A stretch of DNA of 43,846 bases. Source: a virus. Of the stretch, positions 22,594 through 31,608 are shown one piece after another (position 1 is the first letter of the stretch; every line of letters begins with the position of its first letter). The notes below the pieces were generated by a model. That model was not told the origin of the DNA. It did not search any database and was given only the letters and a program-made list of their open reading frames with translations. The translations under genes were made by a program, and so were the position numbers. Location of the stretch: IMG/VR virus record IMGVR_UViG_3300037421_000071. One strand, given 5' to 3'.

Positions 22594-24368
22594 CAGTTCG
22601 GCACATCCGCCGGAGTCCTCGAGACCTCCCGCCACACGTTATCGGGCGGGTAGTACTCGAAGTCTATCGAGCGGCTATTGGCATTGGCGGGTTGAGTCCA
22701 CGCGGCGAGACGATAAAAGGTGTCGAAGGTCGCCGTGCCCAAAGCCCCACCCGAGACGTTCTTGATCGTGATCTTTATCCTCTGTGCCGAAGTTGGAGTC
22801 GTGCCACTCGGATTACTGATACTAAAGGCAGTGTTGTTGTTAGCGGTGATCGTGAACGAGTCCCCGCCGTTATTGTTGATGGCGATGGTTGCGCCATAGG
22901 TGGGCTGAACAACCGTCTTCTGCGTAGAAATGAACGTCGCCCGCCGTGTCACGGTGTCAAAGGTCGCGGCATCGCCCGCCCCCGCGATGTTGATGCAGGC
23001 CTGACCCGCGCGGTTCACCAGGGCGATATCACTCCCGGACCCTGCGCTGTTGCGCACCAGCAAGGTCGAAGTCGTGGCAAAGGGATTCTCGAAACACCCC
23101 TGCGCGAAGCCTGTCGTCACACTCGTGAAGAGATACGCGACCCCGGGAGTATTCGCCCCCTTGCCCAGACTCCAGTTACCGGTCGCGCGCTCGATGATGA
23201 GCGGAACGTAAGTTGTGATCGCGGAACCCGGCGCGGCATACGCCGTGATGGTGAAGTTACTGAGCTGATCGAGCGAAAAGCCCGCGCCCACGAGCCCGCC
23301 CATGCCGGCGCTCCACATGGCACTGCCATCGGCACCGAAGAGTATGTTAGCGCGGCGGTTGTCGAAGCCGCCGGTGGAAGTCGTTGGTATCCCCGAACTG
23401 TTATCGATCCAGATGTAGGGGTACCAGTTGGCGATGATGCGCAGGCCGTTTCCGTTATGCGCGGGATTGATGTAGGACGCCGTCGCCGCAACGGTATTGG
23501 TCAGTGCCGGAGTCCAGGTGGCTGTGGTTGCGTTGAGGGTGAGTTGAACGGGGCGCACTTCACCGTCCGAAAACGTCACCTGATAGAGACCCGTCGGGGT
23601 GGACCAGGCCAAGGCCAGCGTCGCCGAGGTAGCGCCCGAGACGATCGAAGCCGTGAACGTTATCGTCGCGGAGGTCTGCGGCGTATAGGTGAAGATACGA
23701 ACCTGATCGCCGTCGTATTGTACGGGATAGCCCGAATAGGACTCGCCCTGACTGTAGTCATAGACCGTGATCGGTGTGGTACCCGAGAACTGCGGGTAGC
23801 TCGCGAGATTCGTTACCTGGTAACCGTAGTGACAGGACGCCGGGACGGTGATGACCACCCCACCGAGACTCGCGGCGCCCACATCGAACGTGGCGATACG
23901 GATCGCCGTGTTGAGTGCCGCGAGATTCTGGGCGCTAAGGTTCGACTGCTGCGCACCGTAGCGCCTGACGTCGTACGGCAGATACGACAGGTTGGCGGGT
24001 GTAACGGCCGCCGCGGTCTCGGCGGTCGTGATGGCGTAACTACCGAGTGCGATGCCTGAATTGATCGTGATCGGGAAATAGAGGTTATCGACCGTACGGA
24101 CCGGAGATGTGGGCGGATCGGTGTCACTCGCCGGTGCGAGGACGAATTTGTAGGCGAGCGTTGGATCGCCCCAGATCGTCCAGGCACCGTTCGAATCGAG
24201 AACGACCGGGTTACTGTTCTGTGTAGCCTGTGTGGAGTCGGTCCAGGTGGCCTGCTTGGTCGAACTCCCGGCGAGATACGTGAACAGCTTGAAGCCCGCA
24301 GCCGGAGCCCCCGAATTGTTCGGGTTCTGGAACTGCAGCATCATCGGTGGGGAAAGTGTGACGGTCAT
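22593..24368 (-). CDS. tailspike / tail fibre with pectate-lyase-superfamily beta-helix
   Basis: 591 aa. The N-terminal LQFQNPNNSGAPAAGFKLFTYLAGSSTKQATWTD...NPVVLDSNG is typical of fibre N-domains. It is followed by YLPYDVRRYGAQQSN...NTAIRIA...GGVVITVPAS, a Pectate_lyase_3-like entry motif. Confidence 0.7.
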   Translation of the reverse strand: MTVTLSPPMMLQFQNPNNSGAPAAGFKLFTYLAGSSTKQATWTDSTQATQNSNPVVLDSNGAWTIWGDPTLAYKFVLAPASDTDPPTSPVRTVDNLYFPITINSGIALGSYAITTAETAAAVTPANLSYLPYDVRRYGAQQSNLSAQNLAALNTAIRIATFDVGAASLGGVVITVPASCHYGYQVTNLASYPQFSGTTPITVYDYSQGESYSGYPVQYDGDQVRIFTYTPQTSATITFTASIVSGATSATLALAWSTPTGLYQVTFSDGEVRPVQLTLNATTATWTPALTNTVAATASYINPAHNGNGLRIIANWYPYIWIDNSSGIPTTSTGGFDNRRANILFGADGSAMWSAGMGGLVGAGFSLDQLSNFTITAYAAPGSAITTYVPLIIERATGNWSLGKGANTPGVAYLFTSVTTGFAQGCFENPFATTSTLLVRNSAGSGSDIALVNRAGQACINIAGAGDAATFDTVTRRATFISTQKTVVQPTYGATIAINNNGGDSFTITANNNTAFSISNPSGTTPTSAQRIKITIKNVSGGALGTATFDTFYRLAAWTQPANANSRSIDFEYYPPDNVWREVSRTPADVPN

Positions 24369-25684
24369 CCGTATGTGAACTCCTGCGCAAAGCCGAGCTT
24401 CTGCAACTCGGGGATCTTTTCATCGAGCGCTTCGCCGATGTCATCTCTGTAGATGATGTCCGGGACGTGGATCTCATCCACCGTCTTATACGCGCGGGTA
24501 CAGGCTTCGAGCACCGTCTTGCCCGTACCCGTCACCACAGCGAGGTAATCTCCCGCACTCGTCCAGGTGGGTGACTCCGTCAGGGATTCGCCGTTCATGG
24601 CCGGCACCGTCGTGATCTTCACCGACTGCGGAGATATGTAGCGCTTGTTCTCTTCTGTCACGCCGTAGATCGGGATCCCATCGGTCTCAGCCTTGGTGAG
24701 CTTGGAGTAGGGATAGTCCGGTTGTGCAACGACCACGCCGGCCGCGATCTTAGGCGAGACTTCGAGCGTATCCTCCCCCTCGCAGGCATCGAGCATCCAC
24801 TGCACGGGGTCGCCCTTGTGCAGCGCCATCATGATGTTGAAGGCCGGCCAGCCGAGGCGCGCAGTGAACTCGAGCGGCCACGCCTTGCCCGTGCCATCGA
24901 TGATGCAGTTCACATCGATGTCGCCGAGATGCCCCATGCTCACGAGGGCTTCCTCCAGCGGGGCGAGAACCGCATCAAAGAGCGGGGAGGACGATACGTA
25001 CTTGAGGATGGTGCCCGCCTCCCCGCAGTTCGGGCCCACATCCCCGGCCAGGAACTTCTTGCGCTCCCAGTTCTCGTTCGGCAAGCCGATGAACCCTTCC
25101 GCCCCCATCCACCGCGAGACTCCGAGCTCTATCCCCTCGATGAATTCCTGCAACATACAGGACCCCTTGAGCTTCATCCCGAGCTTCTGCCACCGCTGCA
25201 ACCGCGCGACCATATCGGCCGGTGACTTGCTGCAATAGGAGAGGGATTTATCATCCTCATCGCCTAACGGTTTGAAGACATATCTTTTCTCAGTCTTGCG
25301 AACGTGGCTTTCAGCCTCCTCCAGGGAATCGAATGTCTCAAACGGCGGTACCTCAATATCGTGATCCTCGAAAAACTCCATCCCCAAGGCGCGGTCGATC
25401 TCGAGCTTCGCGGAAGACACCGAGGGTCCGAAAACGGCAGTGCGGTCCCGGGCTCCCTGAAGCCGTGTCATGAACTCATGGTTGCCCGTGGGTATCACGA
25501 GATCCGCCCAGGGGATGGAAGTGAGCCAGTTGGCGATCTTCTCGATGCCCTTGAAGCCCTCTCCGATGGTAGGATTGGCGTTCTTTCCCAGGAAAAAGCG
25601 CACCGCGTGACCGGACTGAACCGCTCTCAGTGCAAGTGCCAATCCTTCCCCGATTGAGTCCATGCTGATGATGAGGACCTTCAC
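24365..25684 (-). CDS. PurD-like ATP-grasp ligase (phosphoribosylamine-glycine ligase family fold)
   Basis: 439 aa with a GTG start. MKVLIIS..., YVFKPLGDEDDKS, LQEFIEGIELGV, NWERKKFLAGDVGPNCGEAGT and IDVNCIIDGTGKAWPLEFTARLGWPAF align by eye with E. coli PurD blocks ([41 protein letters not shown]). Confidence 0.7.
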   Translation of the reverse strand: MKVLIISMDSIGEGLALALRAVQSGHAVRFFLGKNANPTIGEGFKGIEKIANWLTSIPWADLVIPTGNHEFMTRLQGARDRTAVFGPSVSSAKLEIDRALGMEFFEDHDIEVPPFETFDSLEEAESHVRKTEKRYVFKPLGDEDDKSLSYCSKSPADMVARLQRWQKLGMKLKGSCMLQEFIEGIELGVSRWMGAEGFIGLPNENWERKKFLAGDVGPNCGEAGTILKYVSSSPLFDAVLAPLEEALVSMGHLGDIDVNCIIDGTGKAWPLEFTARLGWPAFNIMMALHKGDPVQWMLDACEGEDTLEVSPKIAAGVVVAQPDYPYSKLTKAETDGIPIYGVTEENKRYISPQSVKITTVPAMNGESLTESPTWTSAGDYLAVVTGTGKTVLEACTRAYKTVDEIHVPDIIYRDDIGEALDEKIPELQKLGFAQEFTYG

Positions 25685-25804
25685 TTGAGCTTCGTTTGGG
25701 CACTGTTGCTGCGTTGGGTCTTCGTTCTGGTGCTCTTCATCGGTATCTGTCTGCCTGCTCGAGTTGCCGTGATCCGTTTCGTCCCCGAGGGCAAGATAAA
25801 GCGC

Positions 25805-27421
25805 CTACTGTTGCTGCCTCTGGACGGCCTGAGAGCCGATGAGTTCGCCCGCCCGAGGAAGAGTCTGCTGCTCAAGCGTAGGGGGTATCCCCCGTAGTCC
25901 CTGCTGCGCCATGTCGGAAAGTACGTACTTTCTAGCCATAGGACGCGCCAGCATTGCAGCACCCGCAATCGGGTGATGAACGCCGGCAAGGGTGGCTGCA
26001 GCGTAGTCGAGCGGTGAACGCGAAGGACCCGCCCGACTCCCGCGCTGGCTGATGTCCCGGGCCGCTCCCTCGTAGGACTTAGCGAAGTCAGCGATCGTCT
26101 TCAGGTCCCCGGTCAAGCGTCCGGGCTTCGCGGCGTCGAGTTTGGCGATCTTCGGTGGGCTGATCTGCCGAGTGGACGTGTTGAGCGCTTTCTCCACGTC
26201 GTAGGTCTTCGCCACCCCTACCCGGCCCTTTAGGTATTGCAGGTAGATGTCCTGCTGCCCGGAGCTCGACAAGTGTTCCTCTATCAAGTCATCCACCGCT
26301 TGGGCGGCCCGCTTCTGAGCTCGTGCCAATCCGCGGACGTTGGGATCGAGCGAGCGGGCGTTGAGCGAGGCATCCGCCCGTAGCTTCTTGACCACTTCTA
26401 CCGCTTCGTCTGGGGAGTAGTTGCCGCGCAGATCCTTCACCAGAGCTGACACCTGCTGGTTCTTTAGCACCTGACGGCGGCTCTTCGTGGAACGCTGCTT
26501 TATGGAATCGAGCGCCTTGATGAACTTAGGCGTCTCGGTGAACTGTCCCTTGAACTTCTTTACCGCATCGTAGGATTGCCCATAGGCTTGACGCTGAGAA
26601 ATAACCTCCCCGTGGGAAAGCTCGCCCTGTGGTGGCAGATCAATTGAACGGCGGGCAAGATCGGTCAGTTTAGGAGCGTTCGCAGCAGAAGCCGCCTGCT
26701 CGGTCTTGATCTTCCCGCTGAAACCCTCAAGTTCCTTAGCTACGAATCCGGGTTTCCCCTTGGACATCGAAGGGGGGATTTTCAGTCCCTCATCGAGGAA
26801 CCGAGTCTCGGCGGTAGCCGCACCAGTAGGTGTAGCTCGGCCTACCATGGCCCCTAATCCCTTGGCGGCTACTGACCCGAGAGCCTGACCTGCAGCACCT
26901 CCGGCGGCTCCCATGAGGGCATTTTGTCCCCGGCTCTCTCCTGTTGCTGTGGGCTGCGCGGCACCTAACCCAGCCCCGACCAAGGCACCCCCCACCAAGG
27001 TATTGGCACCAGGAATTGCGGCGGCTGGAGCGCTAGCGGCTACCTGGCCGACGACGTTTCCGACCTTGCCTGCGGTAGTAGCCATGAGGGGGGCGTCGAG
27101 CTTCCTCGCCTCATCCACCTCGCCTTGTACTTGCTGCTGTCTCTGTCGGCCTTCCTCGTTTGTTGGCCCCATAGTGGAGAGCTGCTTGATTCCCCTACCG
27201 ACCTCGGCCATACCCCTGCCGGCACCTTCAAAGAAGCGCTGAACTGCACCAGTGCCAGTGGTGGGGTCGGCCTTATCCTTGAGTCCTATTTTCTGGAAAA
27301 ACTCAGCCCCAGGCATGTCGGAATAGAACTTCTTGTGCAGGGAAATCGCCAAATCCTGGTCCGACAGGTCGGAGTACTGCGGGTACTTCTCCCGCACGTC
27401 CTTCATGGATATATCGGCCAC
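25805..27421 (-). CDS. internal virion / ejection protein (putative)
   Basis: 538 aa, the third of three consecutive large low-complexity (G/A/Q-rich) ORFs. They occupy the position P22 uses for ejection proteins. Contains Gly/Ala-rich hydrophobic stretches. Confidence 0.5.
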   Translation of the reverse strand: MADISMKDVREKYPQYSDLSDQDLAISLHKKFYSDMPGAEFFQKIGLKDKADPTTGTGAVQRFFEGAGRGMAEVGRGIKQLSTMGPTNEEGRQRQQQVQGEVDEARKLDAPLMATTAGKVGNVVGQVAASAPAAAIPGANTLVGGALVGAGLGAAQPTATGESRGQNALMGAAGGAAGQALGSVAAKGLGAMVGRATPTGAATAETRFLDEGLKIPPSMSKGKPGFVAKELEGFSGKIKTEQAASAANAPKLTDLARRSIDLPPQGELSHGEVISQRQAYGQSYDAVKKFKGQFTETPKFIKALDSIKQRSTKSRRQVLKNQQVSALVKDLRGNYSPDEAVEVVKKLRADASLNARSLDPNVRGLARAQKRAAQAVDDLIEEHLSSSGQQDIYLQYLKGRVGVAKTYDVEKALNTSTRQISPPKIAKLDAAKPGRLTGDLKTIADFAKSYEGAARDISQRGSRAGPSRSPLDYAAATLAGVHHPIAGAAMLARPMARKYVLSDMAQQGLRGIPPTLEQQTLPRAGELIGSQAVQRQQQ

Positions 27422-28780
27422 TTAGCGAATTCCTAACGGATCATTTTGCGCACTTCCACCCGTGGCACCGCCGGCCACAGGTCCCGGAGCCGGCGCTTTG
27501 TACTGCCCGGCAACGGATGCTCGGATGTCCTCTCTAACCTGCGGCGGGGAACTCCTCGCCGCTTCGATTTCCCGCTTCATGATATCGACCACCCCCGCAT
27601 ACGACTCCTGAGACTGCGCGATGCTGAGGATGCTCAGGGCGTGATCGCGAGCTGAATCGGTCGGTACGCCCGTAGGATTAACGGCGCGGGCGTAGATGTT
27701 CGCCAAGGTGAGATTCGCCTGAGCAAAGCGGGCCAATTTGGGGTCAGATGTCATGATCTGGCCCTTTTGGATGAGCTGGTTAACCGGCCGGAACTGACCG
27801 CGAGGAACTTCCTCCGAAGCCTTTAGTGCTATCGGGATCATCTTGGAGGCTTCGGTCGCGGCCGTCTCAATAGCTGCCTGGCGAGTTCCGACAGCCCGCT
27901 CTTCAGCCATGAGTCCACCGAATTCGGCTATCTTGGTCGCTACATCCTGTGGCTGCAGTCCCTGAGCCTCCGCCTCTTGCCGGATAGCATGACGCATGGC
28001 GACGATGTTCTTACCGCCCTGAGTTCCACGTCCCATATTTTGAAAGACGGATTTGTCCCCCGCTAAGTACTGCCGCGCCGCGAAGCGCAAGTCTCCTTCA
28101 TCCATCACCCCTGACGCTCTGTCGGCCTGCTGCTTCTCAGCACGAGACTCGCGCGCTTCCGCCAGATCCAGCCGCTTCTCATCCCGAACATCTTTCTTCT
28201 CCGCGCGCCACTCAGAGGCCAACTTTCGTGCTTTCTCCGAAATCATCCAGCCCTGATCGAGTAACTGCCCGGCCTGCTGCGGGTCATTCGGGAGTTGCTG
28301 CGGCCACTTCGCGCTCAGTTCCTTCGGCATCGTCGGCATGAGTTGTGCGTACTGCGCTTGCGCCGCGGCTAATCCGTGCTCATCGAGCGTCTTCTTAACC
28401 TGTAAGGCCGCCGGGCCCACCATGTTCACGTGCATGTCGAGGATCTTGAGTTCCATCTCCTTCTTTTGAAGGTCACGCACCTGCTGCTCACTTCCTAACT
28501 GTAGGGACTCCATCGATTGCTTCGTGAGTCCGGCCTTCTGATATTGACGGGCGAGATCGGCGTTACCCTCCGCGGTTCCGATATCTCCCTTGAAGTTCTG
28601 CAGGATGCTTTTGGCCTTCTGTTGCTCCTGCTGCTGTTCCTGCTGACCGGATAGGAGCAGCTTGTTGCGCTGCTGTTCGGTGATGAGATCCGCGAGCTTA
28701 TAACCCTTGGCGCGAGCTTCGAGTGGATTCCCAGCCATATCGGGGATCTGCGAGATGATTGAAGGATCAAAGGAAGCCAT
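27422..28780 (-). CDS. internal virion / ejection protein (putative)
   Basis: 452 aa, Q/E/K/A-rich and helical. Its stop abuts the next ATG. Confidence 0.5.
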   Translation of the reverse strand: MASFDPSIISQIPDMAGNPLEARAKGYKLADLITEQQRNKLLLSGQQEQQQEQQKAKSILQNFKGDIGTAEGNADLARQYQKAGLTKQSMESLQLGSEQQVRDLQKKEMELKILDMHVNMVGPAALQVKKTLDEHGLAAAQAQYAQLMPTMPKELSAKWPQQLPNDPQQAGQLLDQGWMISEKARKLASEWRAEKKDVRDEKRLDLAEARESRAEKQQADRASGVMDEGDLRFAARQYLAGDKSVFQNMGRGTQGGKNIVAMRHAIRQEAEAQGLQPQDVATKIAEFGGLMAEERAVGTRQAAIETAATEASKMIPIALKASEEVPRGQFRPVNQLIQKGQIMTSDPKLARFAQANLTLANIYARAVNPTGVPTDSARDHALSILSIAQSQESYAGVVDIMKREIEAARSSPPQVREDIRASVAGQYKAPAPGPVAGGATGGSAQNDPLGIR

Positions 28781-28788
28781 CGAGGCAC

Positions 28789-29451
28789 CTATGGGCCAAC
28801 ATTAGGATCTGGCAGACCAGACCCACCCTGGTTCTTTAATCCTGCAAGAGTCCTCTGCAGAACAGCGGTATCGATCCCTCCGCCGATAGCCTTGGTGATA
28901 CCCGCTATCGTGTTGGCATCGATGCCAGCGAGTGTCTGACCCTGACCGACGGTGAGGTTGGAGATATTGTTCGCGGCGTTGCCGATGTTCGCGGCTTGTC
29001 CAGCGGACGCGGCTTGTCCCAGCCCCACGGCGTTGGTGACATTCCCCACTTCCTGCTGATACGTCGTGCCCGCGAGTCCCTGGTTGAACTTGGAAAGGCC
29101 CTGCAACGTATTCCCCGAGAGCCCGAGGCCCATCGCGGACGCCTGATTGACGGTTCCCTCTGTGCCCTGCTGCTGCTCGAACTGATACCCCGGCATATTG
29201 CGTAACGTACTGAGCGCGCCAGCGCTGCCGCCTTTACCCAAGCCGAGAAGGCTTTCGAGTGTGGGGATCGCCGACTGACCAAGCGCTCGATAAGGAGCCG
29301 AGAGTTGCGCTTGTTGCTGAAGGGCCGACTGCTGCTGCTGGATCGCGGCGTTGGTCGCATCCTTCGTCGCGCCCGCCGCCTCGCTTCCAGCGTAGGCCGT
29401 CGCACCTGCCCCGACTACCGCCGCCCCCGCAATCGCCGCCGCTACGCACAT
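28789..29451 (-). CDS. internal virion / ejection protein with N-terminal hydrophobic segment (putative)
   Basis: Called from ATG 29451 (MCVAAAIAGAAVVGAGATAYAG...), 220 aa. G/Q/A/N-rich, with YQFEQQQG and many G-x-G tracts. Confidence 0.5.
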   Translation of the reverse strand: MCVAAAIAGAAVVGAGATAYAGSEAAGATKDATNAAIQQQQSALQQQAQLSAPYRALGQSAIPTLESLLGLGKGGSAGALSTLRNMPGYQFEQQQGTEGTVNQASAMGLGLSGNTLQGLSKFNQGLAGTTYQQEVGNVTNAVGLGQAASAGQAANIGNAANNISNLTVGQGQTLAGIDANTIAGITKAIGGGIDTAVLQRTLAGLKNQGGSGLPDPNVGP

Positions 29452-29945
29452 AGACGCCGCTCCATTACGATGTCGTCTCCGACATAACCCTTGGCTTTGA
29501 GAATCTCGTACACCGGACCGTTGAAGTGCACGGGCCAACCTAGAATTTTAGCGCCGAGCTCCATCATCTCTTTCTCGAATCGCTTCGCGACTGCCCAGGT
29601 GTGAGCCCTGTAGTCAGGCTCGATGTAAATCGAATCGCCGATCGCACAAAGCACCTTCTTGTGATGCAGGGCGTGATAGGTAAACCCTACGACATAGCCT
29701 TTCAATTGCCCCTCATCACGAAGCGTCACAAACACGAACCGTCCCTGATCGTGTAGCGTCTTATAGGTTTCTGCATCAGGCTCAATGTTGAAGTCTCTAT
29801 CCCCGAAATATGCACATGACTCGCCCTTGAATGCAGTGCTCTCATTCCAGCACTTCTGTGCGAGCGGTAGCATTTCGTTAAACAGCTCCATGCTGAACGG
29901 CTCTTTGTCGATGTTCACCGGATCGTCCCCGAACCATCCACCCAC
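29442..29945 (-). CDS. GNAT-fold N-acetyltransferase (putative)
   Basis: 167 aa. FVFVTLRDEGQLKGYVVGF...AIGDSIYIEPDYRAHTWAVAKRFEKEMMELGAK resembles GNAT motifs A/B (beta4-alpha3). The start could be 29945 or the ATG at 29891. Confidence 0.5.
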   Translation of the reverse strand: MGGWFGDDPVNIDKEPFSMELFNEMLPLAQKCWNESTAFKGESCAYFGDRDFNIEPDAETYKTLHDQGRFVFVTLRDEGQLKGYVVGFTYHALHHKKVLCAIGDSIYIEPDYRAHTWAVAKRFEKEMMELGAKILGWPVHFNGPVYEILKAKGYVGDDIVMERRLCA

Positions 29946-30181
29946 ACCGTGGGGTTTCGTGATTTCACATATACAGGAAAACCCAGCGTGGTATCGAAGT
30001 ACGCCTGACCCACATAGAGCGGATGCCGCGAACTGTCGGACGGCCGCTTGGCGGTAGTCCCTGAATCACCCACCGGACCCAACCACAGGTTGATTGATTC
30101 CATGAACGACAGCCAAACAAAGGTGATCACCCCGTTTTTGTCCGCAATCCGGCTATCGGTCGGCATGGTATTGATGCTCAT
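29915..30181 (-). CDS. small tail-associated protein
   Basis: 88 aa. GTTAKRPSDSSRHPLYVGQAYFDTTLGFPVYVKSRNPTVWVDGSG resembles the G-T-T-x-x-R-P...yFDTTLg.P.w...WvDa.G motif seen in phage fibre/spike-associated proteins. Confidence 0.5.
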   Translation of the reverse strand: MSINTMPTDSRIADKNGVITFVWLSFMESINLWLGPVGDSGTTAKRPSDSSRHPLYVGQAYFDTTLGFPVYVKSRNPTVWVDGSGTIR

Positions 30182-31608
30182 GCCGCCCTCTTCCGGCGCA
30201 CCTTCATGGCGCCTTCCGCAATCACGAATTTAACGGGGTCGGTCATGCGTATGCGAAAGGTCGCATCGAAGGTGGAGCCGAACCGTCTCCACCACACGCG
30301 CGTCAGGTACTTGCCCGCAGCACCCATGTCTTTCCAGCGCTCGGCCGACCAAGTGCGCCCGTTGTCCTTGGAGTATTGCAGCATGACCTGAGGCGCCGAG
30401 CCCTGCGCGTTCTGCAAGCCGACTCCAGTCTCCATGTCGAGGTAGAGACTCGAAACTCTGAAGCGGTTGAAGGCTGAAGTAGTGTGGCGCGTCACGATCT
30501 CGCGCACGATGGTTTGCCCGGCATCGGTGTATGTGGTGGGTGAAAACACGTAGATCTGGTTCGATTTGTAATCGGATACGTACGTGTTGCCGGCGAGATA
30601 GGCCGAGAGATTGGCGAGGTGTCGCACCGGACTCACCGAGGGTCCGGTCTGCATCTCGGTCCACAGGTCAGTCGCCATGTCATAGAGGAACGAGCGGTTG
30701 GCCGTCGGAAAGGTCACCTGATAAAAGCGGTGAACGTCGGTTCCGTAGGAACAGGCGACCGCGTCAGACGTCCGCGGGAACTGGTTGATGATGTAGTCGA
30801 GATCGGGATTGCTTATCGGTGCCGCACTGAAGCCCTGCAAGCGTACGAAGGTCACCGGTCCCTGGCGTGTCTGAGCGAGGAAGATCAGGTTATCCTGCAC
30901 GTGGGCGCGGGAGAATACCGCGGCGAGTCCGTATTCACCGGCAGCCGATACGATCGGCGCGAACGGCTGCGGGGCGAGGCCCGCGTTCTGCCAGAACTCG
31001 TAGTGCTGTTCCGAAAACGTGACGAGATTTCCGGACAGGTTATCGACCGCGAGAATCCGATCCGGGTAAGCCGAGGCGGACGCAAACGCGAGCGCATTCC
31101 ATGTCGAGCCGTCGTTGAAATTAGACACCCAGAACTGCTGCGTGCCGGGCGCTTCAGCCACAAAGAACCCCGAGGCATAAGTAACCGTCTTGGCGTTACT
31201 CGGGAAGGACGCCGACTGCACTGAGAACGCCTGCGAGGCGAGCGTATAGAGATATCCCGTGAACCCATCCGCAACCACGACCTGAGTGTTATTGGTCGCC
31301 ATCGAGAGATTGCCGACGCTCGAGCTCAGCGTGCGCGCGACGACCGCACTGCCGTTCGCGGTCAACTGCTGAAACTGGTTCCCCGATACCGAGAAGAGCG
31401 CCGTCTGCGTACCGAGTAATCCACGGACCGGCAGGCCCGCAATTGTGAAGGTCGGCACCATGCCGGGGGTGCCATACACTACGATGCGGCTTTTATCACC
31501 GTCCTGACGCTGTTCCATGTAGACATTGAGCCGCCGCTGACGCGTGATGACGTAGCTCTTGCCGTAGATCCCTGAGCCGAAAAGCGGGACCGGAGTGAGC
31601 GTGATCAT
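30178..31608 (-). CDS. tail hub / DNA-stabilisation protein (P22 gp10-like, beta-propeller-like)
   Basis: 476 aa directly after the adaptor-like gene. The repeated beta-rich blades and the C-terminal LQYSKDNGRTWS...RFGSTFDATFRIR block are as I recall for gp10/stabilisation-type proteins. Confidence 0.5.
   Translation of the reverse strand: MITLTPVPLFGSGIYGKSYVITRQRRLNVYMEQRQDGDKSRIVVYGTPGMVPTFTIAGLPVRGLLGTQTALFSVSGNQFQQLTANGSAVVARTLSSSVGNLSMATNNTQVVVADGFTGYLYTLASQAFSVQSASFPSNAKTVTYASGFFVAEAPGTQQFWVSNFNDGSTWNALAFASASAYPDRILAVDNLSGNLVTFSEQHYEFWQNAGLAPQPFAPIVSAAGEYGLAAVFSRAHVQDNLIFLAQTRQGPVTFVRLQGFSAAPISNPDLDYIINQFPRTSDAVACSYGTDVHRFYQVTFPTANRSFLYDMATDLWTEMQTGPSVSPVRHLANLSAYLAGNTYVSDYKSNQIYVFSPTTYTDAGQTIVREIVTRHTTSAFNRFRVSSLYLDMETGVGLQNAQGSAPQVMLQYSKDNGRTWSAERWKDMGAAGKYLTRVWWRRFGSTFDATFRIRMTDPVKFVIAEGAMKVRRKRAA

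Noticed and set aside
22575-24059. 494-aa plus-strand ORF, and similar long antisense ORFs (564..1361, 5756..6370, 7768..8463, 30619..31224, 42270..43118)
   Set aside because: These are shadow ORFs typical of GC-rich DNA, lying opposite recognisable genes (tailspike, scaffold, portal, terL, tail hub, decoration). Their products are Arg/Gly/Pro-rich nonsense with no motifs.
24365-25684. PurD as a straightforward purine-biosynthesis auxiliary metabolic gene
   Set aside because: This is not excluded, but I do not favour it. It is the only purine-pathway-like gene, and it is embedded and codon-overlapped within late structural genes rather than in the early/metabolic arm.
25681-25989. 102-aa minus-strand ORF overlapping the 3' end of the 538-aa ejection protein gene
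   Set aside because: Most of it lies out of frame inside a much better gene and is Arg/Ser/Leu-rich. Only its last 19 codons, in the intergenic gap, are considered, and only as a tentative micro-ORF.
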